A stretch of 64,000 nucleotides of DNA from Candidatus Poseidoniaceae archaeon. GTDB taxonomy: Archaea > Thermoplasmatota > Poseidoniia > Poseidoniales > Poseidoniaceae. The stretch spans positions 15,164 through 79,163 of the forward strand of contig JADHSC010000003.1 in NCBI GenBank assembly GCA_016777125.1, given 5' to 3'. The position numbers and the translations under genes were made by a program. Below, one piece after another: positions 18,914 to 29,200 of this stretch. Numbering within the stretch: the first letter of the stretch is position 1; every line of letters begins with the position of its first letter. Below the pieces are notes generated by a model. The model was not told where the DNA came from, searched no databases, and saw only the letters and a list, made by a program, of their open reading frames with translations.

Positions 18914-19735
18914 CTATTTCTCAAGATTCGTTAACGCGTGTAGTCGTTCTTTCAAAAGGGGCGGAGTAGCGATTCCAAGTTGCATAAACAAGTGCATTGT
19001 GTCTGAAAGGAGGAGCAGGGCATCATCAAAGCGAGTCTCGATTTCTGCAAGATCTGCCAAACCCCAACTTGCAACAAGATGGCCTGCTGGATGTTCCATT
19101 GATTTCGCAATATCAAGACTCTCTTGATACATTTCAGAGGCTGTTGCAAGTTCACCAAGACTTGCTTGTGCATGAGCAACATCTGCCATTGCTTCCATTT
19201 GGAGGATATCATTTTGATTGTTGACGGCTAGTTCCAACCGTCGAGTATCGTGAATAATTGCCGTTTCCCAATCTTCATTCGCTCGAGCACAACGAGAAAG
19301 AACAGCCAATCCAAAGATGAGGCCTTCCTTATCCTCTAACTTCTCCCTTAATGTCAGTGAACGGCGTACAGACGCCTGAGCGCCATCAATTTCGTCGATT
19401 GAAAGAAGCATGAGAGCATGATGATGAAGAACTCCAGCTGCAAGAGCCTCACCATTTTCAATCGATTCCGCTTTGAAAGCAAGTTCCGCTACATCATCGA
19501 TGGATCCTTGATTTCGTTTCAACATCTCAAAATGCGCCCAACCTTTCTCAATATCGTCTTTAGCAACAACTCCAGCGTGTTCAACCAATTTCTGGAGAAG
19601 TTCGAAATCTCCTATCGATTCAACGAGAGGAAGAATTCCAAGAGCAAGGGAGGTGTTGATTGATTCCATGGCTCCTCCTTGAGTCAGCATTGAAACAATT
19701 TCTTGTGCTTGTTCAGGAGTAATCTCTTCCGCCAT
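18914..19735 (-). CDS. Tetratricopeptide-repeat-like protein
   Basis: Helical repeats such as AHAQASLGELATASEMYQESLDIA and LADLAEIETRFDDALLLL. Confidence 0.7.
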   Translation of the reverse strand: MAEEITPEQAQEIVSMLTQGGAMESINTSLALGILPLVESIGDFELLQKLVEHAGVVAKDDIEKGWAHFEMLKRNQGSIDDVAELAFKAESIENGEALAAGVLHHHALMLLSIDEIDGAQASVRRSLTLREKLEDKEGLIFGLAVLSRCARANEDWETAIIHDTRRLELAVNNQNDILQMEAMADVAHAQASLGELATASEMYQESLDIAKSMEHPAGHLVASWGLADLAEIETRFDDALLLLSDTMHLFMQLGIATPPLLKERLHALTNLEK

Positions 19736-19824
19736 GACGTGGCCATAATCAACCGCGTCAAGAACCTATGGATTCTGCTGCTGAAGGGCTGTATATTGAT
19801 AATGTAGAGTTATCACAACAAACT

Positions 19825-20787
19825 ATGGGTCGTTTTGACGGAGCACTTCAAGGGGTTATGTTAGTGTCCCTTTTGTTGCTATTCCCCATCACCATTCAAT
19901 TATTGGTTCAACAAGATGATAGCCCTCTGTGGCGAACTGTTGTGGTCGAAATTGAATCCGATGAAGAGAACGATGGTACTGATGCACGCACCGAATCATT
20001 ATCTCGTGAAGATGTTGCCCGCATTGCTACATTTAACATCAAAGTATTCGGTGAAACGAAGATGGGTAAAGCAGAGGTTGTTGCAGAATTAGTCGACATA
20101 GTTCATCGCTATGACATGGTTGTTGTCCAAGAGATCAAGGATATTGATTCAACAGTCCCCTATGATTTCCTTGATGCCATCAATCAATATGGAAATGAGA
20201 CATATGCTATGGTGCTAAGTGAACGTTCTGGACTCCAGGAAGATGATAGCGGAAGCCAAGAACAATATGCATTTTATTACAGAGAGTCGGTGTTTGTTCC
20301 AAACGAGGCATGGTTGCACAATGATTCTCAAGATGATGCATTCCAACGTGAACCTTTCATTGCAAACTTTGGAATGATGAATCTAAATAACTCGATCACA
20401 GAAAATATGACATTTATCACGGTACATACCAAACCTTCCGAAGCAGTGAATGAAACCTCAGCGTTAGATGATGTTGTTCAAACGTATTTGGAAAATCGTA
20501 CACAAGAGAACATCATTTTGCTTGGTGATTTCAATGCTGATTGCAGTTATGCTTCAACATATGAATTGAATCAACTTTCACTTCGCCAACCACAATATCT
20601 GTGGGTGGTGCCAGATACTGCGGATACTGCATATTCCTCAAACAGCCATTGTGCATATGACCGAGTTGTGATGACAGGTGATATCGATGGCCGATTCTTT
20701 GGGCGATGGGGCGTAGATCGAGACATGTCTAGTTCAAATGTCTCGGACCATTATCCTGTTTGGTTCGATCTCGAACGCATCGAGTAA
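19825..20787 (+). CDS. Membrane-anchored or secreted DNase I-family endonuclease (EEP superfamily)
   Basis: N-terminal hydrophobic helix; ATFNIKVFG, VQEIKD, EQYAFYYR, FQREPF, VHTKP, GDFNADCSY, CAYDRVV and VSDHYPV. Confidence 0.9.
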   Translation: MGRFDGALQGVMLVSLLLLFPITIQLLVQQDDSPLWRTVVVEIESDEENDGTDARTESLSREDVARIATFNIKVFGETKMGKAEVVAELVDIVHRYDMVVVQEIKDIDSTVPYDFLDAINQYGNETYAMVLSERSGLQEDDSGSQEQYAFYYRESVFVPNEAWLHNDSQDDAFQREPFIANFGMMNLNNSITENMTFITVHTKPSEAVNETSALDDVVQTYLENRTQENIILLGDFNADCSYASTYELNQLSLRQPQYLWVVPDTADTAYSSNSHCAYDRVVMTGDIDGRFFGRWGVDRDMSSSNVSDHYPVWFDLERIE

Positions 20788-20799
20788 GGCGGGAAGAGA

Positions 20800-21630
20800 A
20801 TGCATCGAATTGCTTCAATTCCAGCCCGTATCAACATCATCGGTGAGCATACGGATTATGCAGGAGGCCTCTCCTTTGCATTTGCAGCACCTCAACGCCT
20901 GACCCTCAAAGCAACAGCAATTTCTGATGGATTTGAAGGTGAGAGTACGATTGTTTCTCTGTGGAAGGAAGCGAAAGGATGGCCAGCTCAACTGACTGTA
21001 ACAAGCGAAATTCCAATAGGAGCAGGGATGTCATCTTCAGCTGCACTATGTTTAGCAATTGTTCTGTGCATTAACAAGGATATTGAAGCATTCCAGGCAT
21101 GTCAAGAAGCACAACGTATCGAACATGTTGTTCTCGGAACAGAGTGCGGTTTACTCGATCAAATCGCAATGATGTTTTCCAAACCCAATCATGCAACATT
21201 AATCGATTTTTCAACGATTACGACAACACAACACCCCCTACCAGAATCCCATGTGTTCAAACTTATTGATTCAGGAATTCACAGAACATTGGGGGAAATG
21301 GACTATCGAACATCTGTCGATGAACAAACAAAGAACATCCATGTCCAAGAAGAAAATCAACGTGTAAAAGAAGCGATTAGAGCCTCACCAGAACAATTAG
21401 GATTGCTGCTCAACGCCACTCATCAATCATTACGAACCATCGGCGTTAGTATAGAAGAGATCGATCAACAAGTGATGGCCCTTCAAAATACACCAGGAGT
21501 CTTGGGTGCTCGCATGATGGGTGGTGGATTTGGAGGGATGATTCTTGTTCTTGTTGAACATGAGGGAATCTTACCTGAAACTACTGTTGTCCAACCCTCA
21601 GAGGCTGGTTTTGTTCAGGAATTCCTCTAA
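20800..21630 (+). CDS. galK: Galactokinase-like GHMP sugar kinase (compact form)
   Basis: PARINIIGEHTDY, PIGAGMSSSAA, CGLLDQ and GARMMGGGFGG. Confidence 0.8.
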   Translation: MHRIASIPARINIIGEHTDYAGGLSFAFAAPQRLTLKATAISDGFEGESTIVSLWKEAKGWPAQLTVTSEIPIGAGMSSSAALCLAIVLCINKDIEAFQACQEAQRIEHVVLGTECGLLDQIAMMFSKPNHATLIDFSTITTTQHPLPESHVFKLIDSGIHRTLGEMDYRTSVDEQTKNIHVQEENQRVKEAIRASPEQLGLLLNATHQSLRTIGVSIEEIDQQVMALQNTPGVLGARMMGGGFGGMILVLVEHEGILPETTVVQPSEAGFVQEFL

Positions 21631-23574
21631 TCGTTCCAAACGATCAGGTGTTCCCATGTCCCAAAACTTCGTATTATCCAAATATGCTGAGGCTTTCATT
21701 GCCATTTCGGGATAGACTGTTTCTTCCCAACTCCATGTTCCATCTTTACCGTGTTCGAGGAGAACCCTTTTCTCTACAACACTGGTTCCAGATTCATAGC
21801 CATTGAATTCAGATGGAGGAGATGTGCTCTTATCGTATTGAGCGATTTTCCCATCAACATGTAGAAGATTCATCTCATCATGTTCAGTTGTTACAGTAAG
21901 GGTTAACGGAGAGGATTCTTGTTCATGATAAGCGACAATTTCGCCATAATCGATTGGATGAAAATCATCGCCCCAAAGTAAAATGAATCGGTCTTGAAGA
22001 AGGTGCCTGGCATTCCACAGAGCACCTCCAGTCCCAAGTGGCTCGGATTCTTGATGAAACGTAAGGGCCATTCCTTCATGTCGGAAACCATCGAATTGCT
22101 CACCCAAATGCCCTGTTAGAATCAAAGCCTCCATACAACCTTGAGCGCCAGCCCAATCAAGAATGTGAGAAAGGATAGGTTTTCCGGACACGTCAATGAG
22201 AGATTTTGGCATTTGTTTCGTCCGTTCACCGAGACGTGTTCCCAATCCACCAGCTAGGATAACGACTTGGGGTAAGCGGTGTGCTTTGACAATCTCTGAA
22301 TACAAAGCACCGCTTTCTTTTAGTGTTCGTTCTTTGGTTTCAAAATCGACATGATAGAGGCCAAATCGTTGATCATAGCCTTCAGCCCATTCGAAATTAT
22401 CCATAAGACTCCAATGATAAAATCCACGTATATCCATCCCATCTGCAATGGCTTCACCGGTTATCTGCAAGTGACGCCGGATATGTTCAGGACGCATGTC
22501 ATCATCGTCATCTGCAACTCCGTTTTCAGTGACAATAATTGGAAGATTAAGGCATGAAACCATATCAAAAGCACGTCGCAATCCCTCAGCATACATGGGA
22601 TATCTGAAATCAGTTCGTTGTTCCCATGGACGAATCAATGGATCGATATCGACTTTAGTTGGCATGAACGGAGTGGCAAGAAGATGAGTGTAGTAATTGA
22701 CCCCAATGAAATCACTACTTCCTTTTAGTCCTGGAATTTCCTTTGAACGAAGAGCTGAAGGCGCCTTGAATCGTCCTGTCATCAATCCTTTAATCCAACA
22801 AAGATTGAACATTCCATCGAGAAATCGTGCTTGGAATCGGTGCAATGGATTCCAACGACGGTATGGATCGAAGATATTGATATTCTTCACCAATCCGATA
22901 TGAGCACGCTTACCATGCTCCATGGATTTCAGGGTTTGATAGCAACGGGCGTGAGCTCTCATAAGATTGGTTGAAACGATTCTAGTTTTCTTAAATGAGC
23001 GCTCACCTGGTGGAAACTCTCCCAAGACATATCCCATCGAGGCAAATACTGCAGGTTCGTTGATGGTACACCACCAGTCTATGCGGTCACTCAATACTTC
23101 AAACATTTTCACACAGAAGCGAATCCAATCGTCAATATTGTTCTCGTTCTCAAAGCCTCCTTTTTCATCCCACCAGAGAGGGTGTGTGAAATGATGGAGA
23201 GTTGCCATCGGTTGGATGCCTTTGTCAAGAAGTTGGTCGACAAGGTCCGAATACCATTGAACTGCATCCTCATCCCAGATACCTTGTTGTGGTTCAATAC
23301 GACTCCATTCGATTGAAAATCTGTAGTGTGAAACATTTAGATCTTTGATCAGTTGAATATCTTCTTTCTTTCGATTCCAATGATCGCATGCATCACCACT
23401 GAGTTGACCACTTTTTGAACGTGGCTCAAATGCAGACCAATTGTTGGTATTTCCACCTTCAATTTGATGAGATGCAGTAGCAACACCCCACATGAAATTC
23501 GGTGGGAAAAGATTTCCCGATAGAAGGTTTGTGTAGTCTACTGAGTCCCAATCACGATGTTCTTCAATCCCCAT
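21598..23574 (-). CDS. GH1 beta-glycosidase fused to a C-terminal sugar-1-phosphate nucleotidyltransferase
   Basis: GH1 motifs FMWGVATASHQIEG, YRFSIEWSRI, TINEP, TENG and WSLMDNFEW; then ILAGGLGTRL..PKSL, EPLGTGGAL and WDMGTP. Start moved to ATG 23574. Confidence 0.9.
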   Translation of the reverse strand: MGIEEHRDWDSVDYTNLLSGNLFPPNFMWGVATASHQIEGGNTNNWSAFEPRSKSGQLSGDACDHWNRKKEDIQLIKDLNVSHYRFSIEWSRIEPQQGIWDEDAVQWYSDLVDQLLDKGIQPMATLHHFTHPLWWDEKGGFENENNIDDWIRFCVKMFEVLSDRIDWWCTINEPAVFASMGYVLGEFPPGERSFKKTRIVSTNLMRAHARCYQTLKSMEHGKRAHIGLVKNINIFDPYRRWNPLHRFQARFLDGMFNLCWIKGLMTGRFKAPSALRSKEIPGLKGSSDFIGVNYYTHLLATPFMPTKVDIDPLIRPWEQRTDFRYPMYAEGLRRAFDMVSCLNLPIIVTENGVADDDDDMRPEHIRRHLQITGEAIADGMDIRGFYHWSLMDNFEWAEGYDQRFGLYHVDFETKERTLKESGALYSEIVKAHRLPQVVILAGGLGTRLGERTKQMPKSLIDVSGKPILSHILDWAGAQGCMEALILTGHLGEQFDGFRHEGMALTFHQESEPLGTGGALWNARHLLQDRFILLWGDDFHPIDYGEIVAYHEQESSPLTLTVTTEHDEMNLLHVDGKIAQYDKSTSPPSEFNGYESGTSVVEKRVLLEHGKDGTWSWEETVYPEMAMKASAYLDNTKFWDMGTPDRLERLEEFLNKTSL

Positions 23575-23600
23575 ACTGGCACCACCAAAGCGATAGAAAT

Positions 23601-26198
23601 TCACTGGAGTCGAGACCAGGAACCATCGGAACCAACGTCCCATTGTTGTAATTCAGTACTCGCATCAACATACCAACCGGTTTCTCCTTGATTGGTTCCA
23701 GGTGCCGCTTGCATAACTCCAATTTGAGTGGCCTTGACTGCGAGTTCGTCTCTCAAAGCATCTTCGATAACAGGTGCTGAGTCAACAGAAACTTGTGCTG
23801 GAGGAGATTTAGGCTCGTCCTCTACTGGAGCGATGGATTCAGAGGAGACCACGTCTTCTTCGTCATCTTCTTCATCCTCATATTCATACTCATCATCATA
23901 TTCATCCCATTCTTCTTCTTTGGAATTACCTCGGCGAATGAGTACGATAAGAACTGCAAAAATCATCAGCAAGAAGACGATACCAATGGACATGGCAGTA
24001 TTTGTTGAACCAAGAGCACCTCCTAGAAGGACAGATTCAACATCATAAAACTGTTGCGAGATAAGTCCTTGCCATGCGACTGTGCATGAACGATCTGTAC
24101 CTGCTTCTTCGAGTTCGATTTCCCATGTATCGGATTTGACGTGACTGGCTTTTCCGGATGAACATGTGATACTGGTTTTATCTGGAACGACTTCAACTCG
24201 ATTCCCTTGGCTGTCCTCAGCCCAAACCTTGAGCAAGGTGACTTCACCTTGACTCAACGATTCGTTACTCACTGAAGTGAGAACACGCACTGGATCTCCT
24301 GGAAGAATTGTCAACGGAAGAATGACTGAAGCATTTCCTTGTTGAAGTTCAATATCATATGTCCCAGATATGACACCATCGAGTTGCCAATAGCCACGTC
24401 CTGTTGAAGAGGGTTCGATTGAAACAAAACCAGACTCTACTAGTTGAATATCTTCAGCAGGAGCAACGTTTCCGTGGACATCAACAATCTCCACGAAGAG
24501 GTCGCTGGAGATACCTGCTGTAATTATCAGTACATCTCCACCATCTGTGACGAGGGTGTTTTCTGAACCCGTGATTACATTGATACGAACTGCAGCAAAT
24601 ACTCCATCAGCGTTTGCTCGTATCTCATGCTCTCCTACTTCGGTGGGATACCATTTACCACCCGACATGAGTAAATCGAGTGTTGAATCAACACCATCTA
24701 TGGTCCAATTGACTGCAACAAATGGAATGATATTTCCATATGAATCTGTGAAATCTGGATCAAATTGCAAGAATGAATCTGCTGGAACCTCTGTACCTGT
24801 TTCTGGTAAGATAATGAACGCCAACCGGCCTGGTTCAACCATTTCTTGATATTCACTTTGGTGTAAAATACCAGTGTAATTATCGAAATATGTTGCTGAG
24901 AATCGAATGCTCTCAGTGAGTTTTGGAGTGAATGTTGCATAAGAGGAGAATATTTCAGATGATGATTGGTCGTTACTTGTTTTCGTAATATTACCATCGA
25001 CTTGCCATATATTTCCGAAAGCATCAGTCGCCTCATGGACCAAAGCAACTTGCAAACCTGCACTTAATCGAGGTAAACTTGGAACAAGTTGTGTGGAAAC
25101 TGCAGCCCCATGAACCACAGTGACTGTCTTTGAAGCAACAATGTCGGAATCAATGACTTCCATTGCCAAGGAACCCTCTTTACCAGGAGTCCAATGGATT
25201 TCATCGCCTACTTGAGCTACTGCACCATTACCAACGGTCCAATTTCCGATTGGAACTGGAACTGGAGAAGTATAGCCAGATGAATCGGTACGGACTGCTT
25301 CTAATCGATACACCTCTCCTGATTGGTAGGTTGTTTCCTCAGGCATAATTTGAATCGAAACAATGGCTGCATCAGCAGGAATGACTCTGATGGTACCATT
25401 ACCATAAACAGACCCTGCACGGATACTGAGATTCCAAACTCCTGGTGCTGAGGCAAAGAAGTAACCTTGGGCGGTAATACTTCCATTCTCGGCGGTCCAG
25501 ACTTTTGACCCCGCCAATGTATCATTCATCTCTTGACCGAATGAATCAACCAGTGCTGGAGTGAGTTTGACGCCAAATCCGCTACGAATCACAAGATTCT
25601 CCTCAAAGATAAATTCGAAGGGATCTCCCGCTATCGCTTCCATTGAAACTTGTTGTTCCATTTGATCAAAACGCGCAACCACTTCGTAGTCACCCAGAGT
25701 TGGAGGCGTCCACAATGGCTGCCCTTGCCCAACATATTCTCCATCAACACTCCATACAACACCAAGTCCAGTTCGAGGATTACCGTGTGAATCAAGGAGA
25801 TTGGCTTGAAGTTGGAATGGCTGTTTGGCCTTCGGAGATGTTGTGGTGTTGATCTCAATTGATTGACCCCAACCTGCCTCAACAGTCACCACAACAGTAT
25901 CGTTGAAGCCTGCATGTTCAGCTCGTATGGTTACTTGACCAGCCGACCAAGGAAAGAAGAGACCACCATCTTCGACTGTACCGTTTGTAGAAGACCACAT
26001 GATCTCGCCTTCGACAACGTTGTTCAATGCGTCGTAGATTGTTGCATCTAATTGTAGGACACCATCGGAAGAAATCGATGTTGAAGGCGTTGTGATAACG
26101 ACTTGGGCAGCGGGACCTGCTGCAGTTACTGGAAGGCTCGTCAACGGAACGAACATCAACAGAATGCACAAAAAGAATGCAGACTGTTTCGAACTCAT
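23601..26198 (-). CDS. Membrane-anchored surface protein with tandem Ig-like repeats, acidic tail and Trp-rich C-terminal motif
   Basis: Signal peptide; repeated D.(F/H/Y)GN turns; TM helix IGIVFLLMIFAVLIVLIRR; EEEWDEYDDEYEYEDEEDDEE; GWYVD..QQWDV..GSW. Confidence 0.75.
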   Translation of the reverse strand: MSSKQSAFFLCILLMFVPLTSLPVTAAGPAAQVVITTPSTSISSDGVLQLDATIYDALNNVVEGEIMWSSTNGTVEDGGLFFPWSAGQVTIRAEHAGFNDTVVVTVEAGWGQSIEINTTTSPKAKQPFQLQANLLDSHGNPRTGLGVVWSVDGEYVGQGQPLWTPPTLGDYEVVARFDQMEQQVSMEAIAGDPFEFIFEENLVIRSGFGVKLTPALVDSFGQEMNDTLAGSKVWTAENGSITAQGYFFASAPGVWNLSIRAGSVYGNGTIRVIPADAAIVSIQIMPEETTYQSGEVYRLEAVRTDSSGYTSPVPVPIGNWTVGNGAVAQVGDEIHWTPGKEGSLAMEVIDSDIVASKTVTVVHGAAVSTQLVPSLPRLSAGLQVALVHEATDAFGNIWQVDGNITKTSNDQSSSEIFSSYATFTPKLTESIRFSATYFDNYTGILHQSEYQEMVEPGRLAFIILPETGTEVPADSFLQFDPDFTDSYGNIIPFVAVNWTIDGVDSTLDLLMSGGKWYPTEVGEHEIRANADGVFAAVRINVITGSENTLVTDGGDVLIITAGISSDLFVEIVDVHGNVAPAEDIQLVESGFVSIEPSSTGRGYWQLDGVISGTYDIELQQGNASVILPLTILPGDPVRVLTSVSNESLSQGEVTLLKVWAEDSQGNRVEVVPDKTSITCSSGKASHVKSDTWEIELEEAGTDRSCTVAWQGLISQQFYDVESVLLGGALGSTNTAMSIGIVFLLMIFAVLIVLIRRGNSKEEEWDEYDDEYEYEDEEDDEEDVVSSESIAPVEDEPKSPPAQVSVDSAPVIEDALRDELAVKATQIGVMQAAPGTNQGETGWYVDASTELQQWDVGSDGSWSRLQ

Positions 26199-26206
26199 TC
26201 AACCAC

Positions 26207-29200
26207 CTAATCTTCCCAGACAGCCCAATCGGTTTGACCTGGTTCTCTGTAGTACCATGTCTCATCTTCATTTTGAGCCCATTCAGTTCCATCGTCATCG
26301 ACTCGATGTTCGACCATCCAACTCGTATCCTCTTTTTCTTCGGCTTCGGGTGGAGGGTTGGATGGACCAGTTCCAGGTGCAGGGCCACTCGGACCAGTTC
26401 CAGGCGCAGGACCACTTGGGCCTCGAGTTGCTGGGGCTGAATCCTCATCGTCTTCGTCATAGTCATCATCCCAGTCATCATCATCTCTTCCTGAACGGAG
26501 AGCCATGACGAGGAGAACAAGTAAAACAACAGCGATTAAGCCAATCAGAACGGCTCCGACGTAATACAAGGCACCGCCTGCTGCGAAGAATCCACCAAAG
26601 GTTCCAGTTACTTCAATCTCCAGAGATTCACTAACTTGCCCCGCTGTAACAGTAATCGTTTGACCTCCACTATCGAGCGTTGTTACTCGCCATTGACCTG
26701 GTCCAAGTTCCTTGACAGTTCCTCGGCCAGTTGAATCAACACGCGCACTGCTTGGAACAGGGATCGGATTGTAGAACATATCTTTAGCTTCAACTGTGAC
26801 ATCAATCGATGCTTGTTGGTCCACAGTTGTTGCAGACAAAACAACTTCGAGATACGCAACCACCATTTGAGGCTGTATTGAAAGTTCGAACGTATTGGTT
26901 GCCGACGGTGTGGAATAGACCATGACATGCTCACCAGCAACGGATGCCTGATAGAGATAGCCTCCAGGTATACGTTCACCGTCTAAGTTGGCAAGAGGAA
27001 CAATTCGAGAAGAAAGCGTTCCATCTTCAGTCCATTCAACATCCTGAGGGAAGGTGTTACCGTCGTTATCAGTACCGGTGATGATAATGTCAATCGATTC
27101 ACCTGCATCTTCACTTAGTGTATCAAGAGCATGGTCAAGTGAAACTGCAATACCATGATACACAGAAATATCAACCTGTTTCGAATAATTGAATCCTTCT
27201 GCATTAACAACGAATGCAGTTATTCGGTAAGATCCAACAGTAGTTGCTTCCCAATGATAAGCATCAGCTTCGAACGTAGAAGTCATATCCTGAATAGAAC
27301 CAGAATCTAAATCTTCGAATAACCACGTAAGTCTTGAGGCCTCCAAAGGATTCAAATCTCCGTCGCTAAGACTTACTGAGAAGTCGATATGTTGATCTGC
27401 ACTTATATCGTATGTCGTTGATGAATCACCAGTTGAGGCGACTGAATTCATTGTGAAAATCTGCAAAATTCCTTCGGATACTACCGCTGAAACAGATTCG
27501 CTAAAGACAACACTTCCAGATGTATATTCTGCATAGATCATGTACGGGATTTCTGATGCCAACTGCGGCATGAATTCGGTTTCATCAGAGAGTGTGTAGA
27601 GAAGCACGGACTGATCGGTCCAACTTGGATGGGATATGGTCCAATTTACGTCAATTGTCCATCGATTTCCTTTCGCATCAGTAGCCTTTGCCTTCACTTG
27701 CAATGTCTCATCTGCAGTCAAACTGTAGGATTGATCATTTGCATCAGCCGAATCGACAATCAGTGCCATACCAGTCATTGCACCCTTGGTGACGTTGACT
27801 GTAATTGATGCTGAAATTGTTTCGTACTGTGCTGTTATCACACGGCCACCAAGCCCGGTTGGAATCCATTGCACTGGATGATTGAATGTGATATTCACCG
27901 CACCATCGCTCACAAACGTCCAATTTGCTAACGGCAAGGAAACTGGCAATCTGTTTCCTTGAATGTCGATTCTTGTCGTGTTCATGAAGATGATTTCATC
28001 GGCTGTCAAGTCCCATGCCGAAGGAACAATTTCTAGTGAATCCATTGCTCCATGCCCGGTGGTAATCGTGATTGAATCCGACAAGCCAATTCCAGAAGTC
28101 AAAGAGAATTGCCACGTACCGACTTGGTCGGCGAAATACATGCTGGTCGCTTCACTGTAGAGTCCATCGGTGACTGAATAGGTCAATGCACCTGCTTCAG
28201 ACAATGGAATGATGTTTCCGAATTGGTCATACAGAGTTGTAGTGATTTCACATTCTGTTCCTGCAGGAGTGACGCCTTCACATCCAACCAAGACGATCTC
28301 GGAAGGTGCACCAAGTTCAACTTGAACATTCACAATAACTGTGATTGTCGTCCAAGTCACAGATACTGTTTGACCTCCAACCGAATATGGTTGGAATACA
28401 TCGCCGAACGTACCGCCCATTGAACCGTTACTTGGTGAGAACGTGATGCTTTCTCCAGGGACAACATTTCCAAATTGATCAACGACATCTGCAGTTAATT
28501 GCAGCGTATCATCAGAAGTAATCGTTGCAGTAAGAGGTGTGACAACCAAGTTTACTGGAGCACCTGGCGTAACGGTCACTGTTTCATCAGCACAAATGAC
28601 ACCAAAACAAGCGGTGATTGTGTGAACTCCTGTTGTTGAAGGAGTGTAAACACCAGTTGAAGCATCGATTTGACCGCTTGAAGCAGACCAAACAATTGGG
28701 ACAGTTGCAACCAGAGAGTTGTAATCAAACGTTGAAGCACTGAATGTTACAGATGTATCAGCATCTGTGGTTGTTGCAGTTGGCGAGATGGTTACTGAAT
28801 CAATGTCAGTATAGTTCATTTGCATCAGTGGTCTTAGATTGCTGGTTGAATCGCTGTTATCTGCAAATTCAACTGTCATCCATCCTTGGTTAACGGTTGC
28901 GATGATGACCCATCCATGTGTGCCATCAATGAAGAGAGAACGATGTCCGAGGCTCATTTGCACCCATTGATTGGTCGCTTGAGAATTACTGACAAAGAAG
29001 GTATCGAGTGGCGTAGAATCATAATCCACACCAGGTTGAAGACCAGGAGCACCCCAAGTTGCAGCGCCCGTTCCGTTCCATGTCACAGAGGTTTCACCCC
29101 AACCAGTTGTCAAGACTTTGTGAACAGAGAGTGTCATTCCAGTTGCGCCTGCACCGAAGTCAAGATCGGTGAGGTACAAACTCAAATCAACAGAATGAAC

